A DNA stretch of 64,000 nt, from positions 6,448,001 to 6,512,000 of the forward strand of contig CM022672.1 of NCBI GenBank assembly GCA_012295275.1, read 5' to 3'. This DNA is from Chrysomallon squamiferum (taxonomy: Eukaryota; Animalia; Mollusca). A program made the translations under genes and the position numbers. The first letter of the stretch is position 1. Each line of letters opens with the position of its first letter. Of this stretch, positions 1 to 12,276 are shown in pieces. The notes under the pieces are model-generated. The model had not been told where the DNA came from, did not search any database, and saw only the letters and a list, made by a program, of their open reading frames with translations.

Positions 1-595
1 TAAAATATCAGTTAGAAATTTCAAAATATTTGGGATCATTACATTTGTTTAGAAACAATCTGGTACTTTGAGTAATTTTTAATTTCAATATTCATGCTTG
101 TTTGAATTGCTAATTCCAAACAATGGTTTAAAATAAATCTTTTGTATTAAATATAATTTTTAAACTTAAAATAATTTTGATACTTGTGTCTGTTTGAGTT
201 GCTAATCCATGTATATATTTCTGATTTCTGATGTTGACTGTAAATATTTATGTTATACATATTGCTGATAAGTATCTTTTGTGAAATAAAAATATAAATG
301 TTTGTGAATTTGTTCTTGTTTTTTTTTCTGTTTACATGTTAACAAAATATATTTTGTTTTAATTTCAAATTAAGATTTTGTAATGCCAAAAGATAATATT
401 TTTGTTTTATCATTTAAACTGAATAAACCTTAGTAAACAAATTATTATTATTTTTTTTGTTTTTACATATTAACCAGTTATTTGGTGTGTCTTTCATAAT
501 GTTCCAAAATAATAATTTGACTGAAGAAGCAGTGGAAAGCATAGAGAGGAAATAATCCACAAAATAAGTCCGTCCACTGAGCTACATCTAAAATG

Positions 596-596
<1 letters not shown>

Positions 597-648
<52 letters not shown>
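597..648. repeat. (ATT)n microsatellite
   Basis: Directly visible. Confidence 0.95.
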
Positions 649-787
649 GTGATGTGTTGCTTTTCATAGTTTATTTCAAGTTTCTGAAATAATTTTAAAA
701 TTCACTGTCATAGATCTGGGTTTCAATATTATTATGCACACCGCATTTGGGCCTCGTTTGTAATAAAGAGTTGTCCTTCTTGGCAAA

Positions 788-924
788 ATGGCAGAAGTGA
801 AAACTAATTTGATGTCACCTGAAAAACCTCTTGACACAGACACACGAGATGCATTGGCAGAAGGGTTAGTTGACCTGTTGAAACCAGCAGTAGATGAAAT
901 AGATGAAAGAGTGAAATGTGTCAG
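788..924 (+). CDS. SNAPIN: SNAPIN coding exon 1
   Basis: ATG at 788 in aaaATGg context; donor AG|gtaatt at 925; phase 2. Confidence 0.92.
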
Positions 925-1578
925 GTAATTATCTAAAATAAGATACAATTGTTGGTTTCTTGAGAAATGTTGCTCCTCCCTCAGAAATCGAAAGTCACGA
1001 GTTGATTTTTCATTTCTTATGTGACTGTAAATCGGCTAATTTTTAAAATGATTTTAAACTTAATAACATTTTTTTGTATGAAATGTAATCTTAACACATA
1101 TTTAATGAGAAATCTCTTCAATTTTCTAAACACAGTTACTGTGATAGTAATAATCTTGTTTAAATTATTCGATAAAAATGATAAATAAAACATATTAGTA
1201 GTAGGCATGAGCCTTCTGACCTGTGCTAGGTCTAAGCTTTTAGCCAGTTTAGGGTAGATTAAAATATGTTAAGTTATCATACATTTTTTATTTCTTTAAA
1301 CACAAATTTATTTACCTAGACTTACTTTGTGGGTAAAAACACTAGTTCAATTAGTTGTATTAATTATTTAATATATTTTTCAGAGAAGGCCAGTTTGAAC
1401 TAAGACAGCAGATTGACAGTCTTGCAGAAGGTGAACAATTTCTAAAAATGTAATATATGTAAAATCCAGAATAGATAGAGTTGCCATTTAATATTATCCA
1501 GTTCAAAGAAATTACTGTAATATTTGTTCTATTTAAATTATAATGGGAAAATAGTTTTTACAAAAAAGACATTAATTA

Positions 1579-1623
<45 letters not shown>

Positions 1624-2277
1624 TAATAAAAAAAAAAAATAATAATAATAATAATAATAACAAAAAAGGAAAAAAAGTAAAAAAGAAAACCCCCCATTAT
1701 TTTTGCATGATCGTGATTTAGAAATGATAAAAATATTTTATTTAAAAATCAAAATAAATGAATGACAATTATAACCTTTCACATTTCACTAACAGTTAAT
1801 TGAGATAAAACTCATTATAATATTTTAAGATGTTTTTGAACTCTCTAGATTTAAAGAAGATTGCCGCATATGGACAGATGCCTCTAGATTTAGAACCTTA
1901 TGTCAAGAAACTGAACACTTCTCGCAGACGTGTCACTTTAGTCAACAATATTTTACAAAATGTACAGGTTAGTAAAGAAAATGGATGATCAGTTTATTTT
2001 CCCATGTAAAGTAGATAATTACAATTAACAAAGATTTTGCTGTATGGTATGTAGAATCCGATTTAATGAGCAATACTCATTTCATAAAAATTCATGTTTT
2101 TAATATCAGTACAACTAAAATTGAATCTTTAGGTTGGATTGCAGTATCATAAAAGATTCTCTCTTTTTTTTCTTTTTTTTTCAGGAGAGATTAAACAAAT
2201 TGCATAATAATGTTTCCAAGGAGACAGCAAGAAGAAAATCGCTGTTGGATCCTTCTTCTCCTACTAAATCAAAATGA
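788..2277 (+). CDS. SNAPIN: SNAPIN (SNARE-associated protein; BLOC-1/BORC subunit), 131 aa; join(788..924,1384..1430,1849..1967,2185..2277)
   Basis: Four GT-AG-bounded exons with consistent phases (2,1,0) splice to MAEVKTNLMSPEKPLDTDTRDALAEGLVDLLKPAVDEIDERVKCVREGQFELRQQIDSLAEDLKKIAAYGQMPLDLEPYVKKLNTSRRRVTLVNNILQNVQERLNKLHNNVSKETARRKSLLDPSSPTKSK*. This matches recalled Snapin motifs (AEGL..L.PAV, LDL.PYVKKL...RRRV.LVNNILQ..QERL, KETARR). Confidence 0.96.
1384..1430 (+). CDS. SNAPIN: SNAPIN coding exon 2
   Basis: ttttcag|A ... GAAG|gtgaac; encodes (R)EGQFELRQQIDSLAE. Confidence 0.93.
1849..1967 (+). CDS. SNAPIN: SNAPIN coding exon 3
   Basis: ctctctag|AT ... CAG|gttagt; encodes DLKK...LEPYVKKLNTSRRRVTLVNNILQNVQ. 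Confidence 0.95.
2185..2277 (+). CDS. SNAPIN: SNAPIN coding exon 4 (terminal)
   Basis: Long polypyrimidine tract then cag|GAG; ERLNKLHNNVSKETARRKSLLDPSSPTKSK-TGA. Confidence 0.95.
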   Translation, partial: ERLNKLHNNVSKETARRKSLLDPSSPTKSK

Positions 2278-5200
2278 TTTAATCAAGCTGACAAAACATT
2301 ATTCTCAATGAGACATTCCAAAATGCACCCCACTGATTGCTTTTCTGTTTCCTGTGATCCTGGAGGTATTTTGCTGTTTTAAAACTGTCATGATGTTACC
2401 AGACTGGGATTGTAGATAGCTCCTACTCTTTCCATTAATTTCACATTCACCAAAGATAATAAGCAGTTAGTTAACGCAAAATAAGCATGAAAGGGTCATT
2501 TTGGAATCATTCTATCTAGTGAAGTATTTGAAATTATTTTTGTCTATGAAGCAACATTAGCAGATTGTATCAGATACTCACTCTTTGGAATATCCATCAT
2601 TATGAAACTTTGAGATTGGATACAAGTTTTTCAGTTCATGTTAAACAGCTTAATGTCAGTACTGAATACTGAAAACAGTGGGTGACTTGATGTATGAATT
2701 ATACGTAACACTGTTTAGAAATGTTACAATGTAAGCTACAGTTTACTTCCAAATTTCCATAATCATTCACTAATGAATATAAAAAACAAAACAAATAACA
2801 ATAAAATTGAAAAAAATAAGATGGAAAAAGAATTTTAGCCAACCTGTGTGGATTACAACCCACACAGTATCAATATTGTTTTGATATACTGAAAAATGAA
2901 AATAATAAAACGGTTACTAGAAAGACCAAAATGTCATCAGTGGAAGAAACTCTGGCCTTGTTACATTTAACAAGTGGACTAGTTTTTATTGTTTGGAGTG
3001 ATAGTAATAAATATACCCTGTATGACGTTTTGTCATTACTTCCATGTACAGTGGGAAATTAATGTATGGCAGCATGCAGATTAATGAAAAAGAACTGGTT
3101 AATTTTATTCTTTTTTGATACAGTAACAGTTAGCTATCATGTTTTCATTAAACATCCATGCATATCTCTAGATATATATATACACATATATATCTGTAAA
3201 TTTGTGTAGTTTTGAGTAATCATTTTTGTTGGTATTAAAAAAAATTAATCATAACTAATGTCTTTTAGTATTATTGAAATGATCATTTATTTGAATGTGT
3301 ATTTTGGCTTTTATAATTGATATTTCTATTAAATATATTCTGAATTTACAAAATTCAAGGAATCTGAAATGTATACCCAGTTCACACACATGTGGATTAA
3401 GTTAAGTTAGTTACTTGATTTTAGAAAGACTTGGAAATTGATTTAAAACTTGATTTGCCGTATGCCTAAGATTTAATTAAATATTTAACTGTCTTATACT
3501 AGCAGAAATTAGATTTTAAAGTGTTGAAAATACATTTGTGAAGAGTAAGTGTGTGTTAAGGTGTCCAATACTGCATAAGTTTTGAATATGTCCAGTTTAC
3601 AGTGAAATGCATGAAACAAGTCTAAATGTACAAAATGATGTGTTAATTCCGTATCTGCCTGTGGATTTTACTAGTTTTTTCTGTGTAAAAAAACCCAAAA
3701 CAGCTAATGCTATACTCTTGTCACAGAATGAAGAACATGTTGCTGTTGTTTCCTTCTCATCTTTCTCCAAGAGGAGAATATAAACAACTACTAAATGAAA
3801 ATTAAGCAAAACTTTTAAACAAACGAAGTCAAGTCAGTAATTGCTATGTTAAAAAGTTTTATTTCATATTGCTATAACATGATTTTGAGTCCAAGCAAAA
3901 TAAAGATGCAACTGAAAAAGAAAAAAGAATTGTGGCTCACAGTGTAAAACATATCTAAAAGACAATAGAAATAGTTTTACAATGGAATAAATATGCCTTT
4001 TTTCTAACAGAGAAACCCTTTTTCTTTTCAGATTATCTGCAAAGATACATTATTTCACTAAAACAAGTTTTAATTCACAGGAGAAAGAAAATAGAAGTTT
4101 GGTTAATACTGAAAACTAAAGTTTTCATACAAGGACTTGAGATCAGTTGTTTGGCACACCTTATTTTCATTGTGTTTTCTTTTATTTAATTTTTGCACAT
4201 CTTTTAAATTTCATTAATATTTTTCTCAGTTGGATATCGTAAAATAGAACTCTGTTAATTTTTTTTGTTTTGTTTACCTTTAAAATCTATTTTATGACAG
4301 CATTTATAAAAGTTTAGATGTTTATCTACATGCTGTATTAATGAATTATTCCTCCTTTACATCCTATTAATTAATATTTATCAAATTAAAATTTAACATC
4401 TTAATGAATAAATAAATGGTGCCAAACATAACCCATTCCCATTTTAACTTATACAAGTAAAAGATATGTTGTTAGTTTCAGTCAACATAACTTGTACCCT
4501 GACCTAAGTAAGACTTCATGATGTGCAATTGTGACCTTAGAATTTGGCGGCATACAATAAAAAGATGTGGTATCTAAAAATTGGGTTTGCAAAAAACCAA
4601 ACTTGTTATTTGTTTTATTACAAGTGGATAACAAATTTATTTCTACAAACAATCTATAGAATACCAGTAAAAGTTTAAAAAAAAAAAAAAAAAAAAAAAA
4701 ATAAAAGACAGAAAAGAAAAAGTTCCCCCTTACACCTTATCTATCTACAGACATTTGCAATATGAAAGAAAACTTAATGTAAACATAGTGATGTTGTGAC
4801 ACAGTACAACAGTAACAACTACAGTCACAGGAGATGTCCCACCAACCACAACCACAAAGAAATAAAATGCACCTTGATTTGTTACATCAGCCAGATTATC
4901 AACACTATACACGAAAGAGATTAAAGGTTAATCATACAGTTACTACAGAACAAAATGTTATTGCACAATTATATCACAATATGATTTGAAAAGAGCACGT
5001 TACCGATTAGGTTTTTTGTTTTCTTGTTTCTCATTGGAATTTTAAATACTTGATTATGCTGTAGAAATAATTCAAAACCAAATCCCGATTACCAAATAAA
5101 GAAAACAAAATAATATGAAACAAAATAAAATGATGGTAAAAATAAAATAAAACAAAACATAATCCTTGATTCCCCATAACCATAATGTTAATTTATCAAA

Positions 5201-7244
5201 TTAGTTTATTTTAATTTGTTATATACATATTTTATATACAAAGTTTAAAGAAGTTAAGTAATGCATGATTGTATATTTTTTCTAAATTAAAAAAAACAGG
5301 GACCCCCCAAAAAAAAACCCAACTCTCCCAATAATTATTTTTATATCTGGGCTTCATAATATGAAATGTAATAAAAATATCAGTGTAAGAAACAAAAGTG
5401 CCATGAAAATAACAAGAGATTCAAAACCTGATATTTTCTTCCAAATAAAGTGGTTCTGAGCAAAAAAACATTTTTGAACAGGAATGTATATATATATATA
5501 TAGTAACAAAATCAGAAACCAGCTGAAATATTTAAAAACATATAAAAACCCAGACTGTAAAACTTAAATGCGAGACAAGGATTTCAGTAACCATCTTAAC
5601 TTTTGGATGTCTAGTTTCTTTCACTATTTTAACCCTTGATACAACAAACACTGAATACCGAACATTTACAGTGAACAAATGCAAGGAAGTAGGAATTAAA
5701 AAATAAATGGTTGTGTGACATGCACTGGGACAAGTGCTTAAAAGCAAGATTTAGGATGTTTTAGCTTTTTCTTTGTTTTTTGGTTAAAATCTGCAAATCT
5801 ATAGAGATCATATATCTGCAGCCTACTCCCATGCCTGTGTTAGCAGCATCAGTGTAAACATCCAAATATTTCTGTTACAGTTAAAAACCAGTAAAACAGT
5901 GACATGTATCACTGACAATAACCTTATTGTCTTTAATATAAACAAAATGGTCCCAACAAGTTTTACTTTCCAATGGATTCCAGAGGATTCCAGTGCTATT
6001 ATTACAATTATATTTAAAAAACCTACAATCCCCCCCCACCAAGGAATGAATTTATAAGTTTTTCCCCCCTTAAATTCTCTTTTAAAAATGCATTTTATCT
6101 GGATTTCTTGTTTGTACGTAATTTTTGAAACAAACATAAGCTTACAAGACTAGAAAGGTACTTTGGCAGGAATTTAACTGTTGCTAGTTCAATATTTGTT
6201 TTATGTTCACAGACAGTCATAACAGTGTCCTAGCAAATTATATGAACCCAGTTAAAAGGACAAAACAGCTACACTTAAATCAGATCTGTAAACTTTTTTT
6301 AGTCTGACATAATTTTATATATCTATTGCTATAGATACACAAAAACAATATTAAATAACAAAAATTCCTTTCTATTCCTCTTATGCACATTATTTGAAGA
6401 GAAAACATTGGTTCCTTTTGCTAAACCTTGTGCAAAGTATTTTTTTTTTCCTCTAATGCCCCATGTAACAGAAATGACTTGACATGGTCACCATTCTGGA
6501 TAAAAGCATTTAAGTAGACAGGCCTTTCGTCTGGATAAATATTTTGCAGTCATGTTACTTTCAGCATTCTTCCTTGAAAAAAATGGAGTTAAGTGATATA
6601 CCATTTGTTAAAAGTTGTATCAGCATTGAATTAAATTTCTGCCAAAGTGCTCTTATAAATTGCTTACATACTGAAATGTTTAAAAACTGTCAAAATAGAG
6701 GGGTGAAAAAACCAACAAAAAAAAAACTTCCCACAACAAAACAATAATAAAACAAATCAAAAACAACATTATCCATTGAAGAATCTGCTCCATATAGTTA
6801 ATAACCACATTATGATGGAATGCCCAAAATGAAAAATAGTGAGAAAAAAAAAAATCAAAAACAGTATTATGTTAAAACTTATGTCACATATAGATTAGCA
6901 CATTAAAATATCATTTGTTAGAATATATAATATAAATCTCTTTTAACAATTTTTATCTTGTAATTATTACATCTCTATGTTTGGGAAACAGTTTAGTAAA
7001 TCCCTAAAAAATTCTTGCTATTATTTTTACATAGCAAAATAAATGAAAAATGTGATTATTATTTTTTTGGGGGGTATTTTTTTTAATAAGTTTTTTTTTT
7101 TTTTCTCTTTTTCCTCAACTGGTGGAACTATTACGAATGTCTTTGCGTCTCTAATTACAAGAAATATTGAACAACAAATAGACAAAACAGAGAGTCACAA
7201 AACAACTGACAGCCACAAATGTCATGGTGACATAAGAGACAACA

Positions 7245-7349
7245 TTAGTGTCTGCTATGATGGGAGTCAACCATCTTGCTTGTCATTAGGTCCTGGTGTC
7301 CCTGGTGTTTCATCGCTGAAGAGGGATTTTTAATTTCCATTTCGCCAGT
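7245..7349 (-). CDS. NPDC1: NPDC1 terminal coding exon (apparent frameshift near 7323-7325)
   Basis: Minus strand ttccaccacag|ACT GGC GAA ATG GAA ATT AAA AAT CCC = TGEMEIKNP. The expected LFSD... continuation lies in the -1 frame (stop 7267-7269); the as-written frame stops at 7245-7247. Confidence 0.85.
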   Translation of the reverse strand, partial: TGEMEIKNPSSAMKHQGHQDLMTSKMVDSHHSRH

Positions 7350-10300
7350 CTGTGGTGGAAAAAAACAACATAATAATAAAGTTAATAATGTGATATAAAC
7401 TTTATGCCTTTTAACTTAAAATCTAATATCAAGAAATGAAAGAGAAATATCTATAAAAAATTTTTTTTATCTTCCAGTTCATTAATCTGAGTGAGAGAAA
7501 ATAAAAAAAATATTTGCACTATTATGTTCTGTTATAAACATTTATATATATTCTTTTTCTCTTTTTACTTTTAATACAAAACACAAAGGCAAATATGGGC
7601 AAGTATCTTATAGAAAGAGTCAAATTTCATAGAAAAATAAAACGGAAAACTGTGTGTTATTTCTGATCAATATAACTGGATTGTGTTCTTTTAAGTGTGC
7701 TGACATAAGAGAAATAAAACAAGGTAGGGCAATTTAAAGTTGACAGATTTTGAATTATCACTATTATTATAAACATAAGATGAACAAACATCATGTAAGA
7801 ATTACACACACACAGCTATAAATAAAACAGTGACTATAAAATATTAAAAATGAATTTGTTGTCATTATTACAGGTATGTAATAATTAATTACTTACAGGT
7901 GCCAGACCTGGACACTCGTAGACCGTGTAATCTCCTTCTTCATTCTCCTCCTCAGACTCCTCATCTGAAGCATCATGCTTCATTTCACCATTTGCTCTAA
8001 TTTAAAAAGAATTTAAAAATTATTACAATACAAAGCTATTTCAAGTCAATAAAGTATAGGATATAAAATTAAGTTACGTTGAAGAAATGACTACATAATA
8101 ATTAAGATTTCAAACTCTTTTTTTTTTTATTATTTCAGTTTAATAATGTATAGGATATAAAATTAAGCTACATTGAAGAAATAACTATGAAATAATTAAA
8201 ATAAAAAAAAAAAAAAAAAAAATTAAATAAAATGTGGCTTGTGATCTGGAATTTAATTAGTTTCTCTGTGCTTCTGCTAACAGTTACCACGGATACACAA
8301 ACAGCTGCTTACTTCTCCATGGCGATCATCTGCTGTTTCTGGTGCTGGTAGTGATACATCTGAGCACTCTGAGCCAGCTTCCTGTCACCCGGTGAAGGAA
8401 GTCGCTCTTTTGTTGGCCCCGTTACACCATAGGCAGGGTACTCTACATCACTAGCAGCCTTGGCACTCCTGTTTAGTCTTCAAAAAAAAAAAAAAAAAAA
8501 AAAAGATTAATTAATTAACATTTGTAAATAACACATTGTAGAGAACAAAAAACATCATGGTTTAATATTAAATATAAGTGTGTGCTACGTTATTTGTATG
8601 GTCTTGCCAATTGTATGTAAAATATTGCCAATTGTATAGAGAAGACTGTAATTCACAATTCAAATTTTTTTTTTTCTCTCTCATTTTAAAAGTTGCAGTA
8701 AAACATAACCATGGTTATGATATAAATATATAATTATGTCTTATATTTTCTTAGTATTTTAATAATTTTATACAAAAGCTTTGTTAATTTTGTGTAGGAG
8801 ATTATTCACCAACAAGTTTTTTTTCTTTCTTTCTCAATTTAACATTTGTAATAATTCATTCAGAAAACATCACAGTGTTTAAAATAAAATGTAACAGTGT
8901 GTTATGTTCTTAGCATTTTTTGTCAATTTTATATCAAAGATTATTCATCAAAAGAATAATTTACTCTTAAAGATAAAAGCTATATGTATTTCACCTAATA
9001 AAACATTCTTTTAACAAATAAATTACATAACATATATAAGTATTGTAGCAAACTTTTTAAACATCACAAATATACTTTTAAATATATACAATTGAAAGTG
9101 TCGATTTTTTTATAATTATTGTTATCTATGCCTTCTTGTTTAGCATCAACAACAACAAAACTTCTCGACATCCATACATGACTAAAATTTCAAGCATCAC
9201 ACATAAATATTTAAATTTTAAATATATATGGTCAAAAGTATATAAACATTTATTATCTTTTCTGTCTTGTATAGCATCAACAAAAATAAGACTTAAATCT
9301 CAACATCAGTGACTAAATTTTTAAACATCACAGACTTTTAAATATAAAAAAAATCAAAAGTGAAGATTTTTTTAAATTTTTTTTTTAAATTTAATTATTA
9401 TTACTATCTTGGCCTTTTTGTACAGCATCAAGAACTATACGTAAAACACTAAGCTTAAATCTCAACATACATACCCAAACATAAACATTACACATATACA
9501 TTTAAACGTATACAAAATCAAAAGTGAAAATTTCTTTAAGCAACTTTAGTTTATTTTATTCACTATTTCCTACCTTTCAAGCAAATATGACAACAAGCCC
9601 ATTGTGTACATTCAGTAAAAAGAAAATGAAACTTTCTCTAATGTATGACAATCAAATATTCAACAACTGGACTTTCTACTACAGTTGGCTGAAGGAAGAA
9701 TCTCAAAGGAGAGATGAAGTCTTAAAGTTCAGCTTGATGTCTCCAGTTGACAAACTGAATTATATAACAACTCTGTTTGTCTTGTTAATCTCTGGCACAT
9801 GCAGTGGACACAACAGTCTAGGTCCAGATCCAATTTAGTCTGGAGGAGTATCCAGTTACTATAGTAAGAGGGGAAAATCCAAAGATAATCAAAAGGGGGT
9901 GGACTCTTGATATCAGATTTCTTTCTACTTGGGATTAACTGAAAGTCTTCAAGAATACTATTAATGTAAATGACATTAAATGTAATTATCTGTGTACAAA
10001 TTGTTGGAATTTTGTTTTGATTTGTAATCTTGTTTTCTTTTATAATTCCTTAAAGCCTGGATTTCTGTTTGCTATTCCATTTATGCAAAGTGACATTTAC
10101 CATGTTAATATGATTAGCATGATGTGAGACAACAATTCAGTGGATGTTTTAATTGTCAATAGGAATGAAAAGACATGATTATTGGGTGTGATGTTCTGGC
10201 AATCCAAGTACAAAAGCACCACATGTAAGACAGAACACATCAACAGTTACTTACTCCAATACAAGTCTGTGGTGTCAATTATCACCCAATGATGCAAATG

Positions 10301-11937
10301 TTGTTAACAGTGATGGGAATCAGTGCTACAGATATTGTCAATACAAGTGGGAATATTTAGTATGACTAACAGAAGTCTTATGTCATGAGATATTAATAGT
10401 AATGAGAAAAATGTATGGGCCTGTACATGTTTTAAAATGGTTTCTTTTTCAGTTAAAAAGAATAAATAAATAAATAAATAATAACTGGACGAATTATTCT
10501 GGTGTCGGTTTAAACTGGTTCTTGTCAGATATGATCTACATAGTACATACATTACTTATAAGAGATATTAGATTCCTATTAGTTTCAGATTAGAAGCAAA
10601 AAACTGAGAAGTTAAAGATTTTCCATGGTAAACAGTTTTACATGCTGTAATGTATTTAAAACTTATTGTGGTAATCAAAAAATAAATAAAAAATTTACCA
10701 AAAAAAAAAAAAAAGGCAAAAAAGCAAACAATACTAATTATAATCAGATTTATTTAAAGTTCTAAAGAAAAAATGGATCTACCATTTTGCCTGTTATCGA
10801 GAACAACAACCAAAAGCTTCACTACTGAGGGTATTTCATGAAGTCAAAAAAAAATAACTTTCAGAAAAGTAAACAATACCCAGACACTGGACTAAACTGA
10901 TGAAAAAAACCCCAACAAAACAAATGATGTGATACTCCAGAGACACTGTTGCAACTCAAAGTATTGTACTGCAAAAGTGAAAGTCAGAATGGATTAGAGA
11001 TTCTTAAGAGTTTAATTTCTGATGGTACCCAGTGACTTAAAACAAAAGCCTAATTAAGTAAAGAACACAGATCAGTCAAATTTTGTTTAGATATATTACG
11101 TAACTTAGTTTAAAAATTCATATGCTTGCCAACATACAAATATAAACAGGGGCATATGCACATATAAAACTAACATTAAAAAGTAATATAGTTTGATAAT
11201 AACATCATAGTAGTATTAATGTTAACAAAAGTACTTCTACTACTATTGATAATAAAATAATATTATTAACTAAATCAATAATAACAGTAACAATAATAAT
11301 AGTAATACTAACAACATTATCAACAATAATAAATAGCAACAACAGTAATAATAATAATGACAAATATTCCAAAACACCTCATATTTTCTCTGCTGTGATC
11401 CTAAGTGCTTCTGCTGAGCTTTTCATTCACAAAAAGCACATTTCAGCCAAAACTTTGCAGGAATGTGTTTTTACTGAATGCTGACCATGTACTAATCAGT
11501 CATGTGTATGACACTAACAGATGTGCCAATTCTTGACCAGATCACTGGCCAGATGTTAACTATGCATACCACAATTAACAACAGTTTAATTACATAGGCA
11601 GTTGTGACATTGCCAATGACCCTGTTCTGTTTGGAATTTATTAATTTTCACACTTATTTTATGCTTATTTTATGATTCGATCGTGTGATGGCAATTAAGG
11701 GCAAGCAAGTACAAACTGCTTGGGGCAAATGCTGTTAGTTTTCATGAAAAAAAATAAAATAAAAAATTAGTAATTTATTAGCAGCAGGCAGATGAACAGT
11801 GTTAAACAAGCATCAGTGCTTTCATTCTTTTGAAACAACCAGAGCAAAGCCATTGTACTAATTAAATGTCTTTGATCATTTACAGTTACTTCTGTGTTTA
11901 TATTGGCCATTTGAAAACTGTTTCAATTCAACATTCT

Positions 11938-11968
<31 letters not shown>

Positions 11969-12230
11969 TATATAAAGATAATTAAACATAACACTGATAT
12001 AATAATGTTATTATATTTTTTTAAATGTCAGCCAAAGTTTCTGTTCCATGATAATTATGTGAGAAGCTATTTTTACTGATTACCATAAATGGAATCTTAT
12101 AAAAAAAAACATCACATTTCAACAAACTGCAAGCCATACTCTGATAAACCTGCTGTTTTTCAAGTTTGGAATGGGAAAAATCCAAACACTAGCAAAGAAA
12201 AGGGTAGGACTATCATACCAAATTCATTTA

Positions 12231-12276
<46 letters not shown>

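Noticed and set aside
676-948. 90-aa minus-strand ORF
   Set aside because: Antisense shadow of SNAPIN exon 1.
7043-7333. 96-aa plus-strand ORF
   Set aside because: Antisense to the NPDC1 last exon and 3' UTR; includes poly-T-derived Phe runs.
7318-7335. Programmed -1 ribosomal frameshift to restore NPLF
   Set aside because: ATT AAA AAT CCC TCT offers no X XXY YYZ heptamer in the correct frame; an indel is the simpler explanation.
9524-9838. 104-aa plus-strand ORF in an NPDC1 intron
   Set aside because: GTG start, no recognisable domain, no convincing splice sites.
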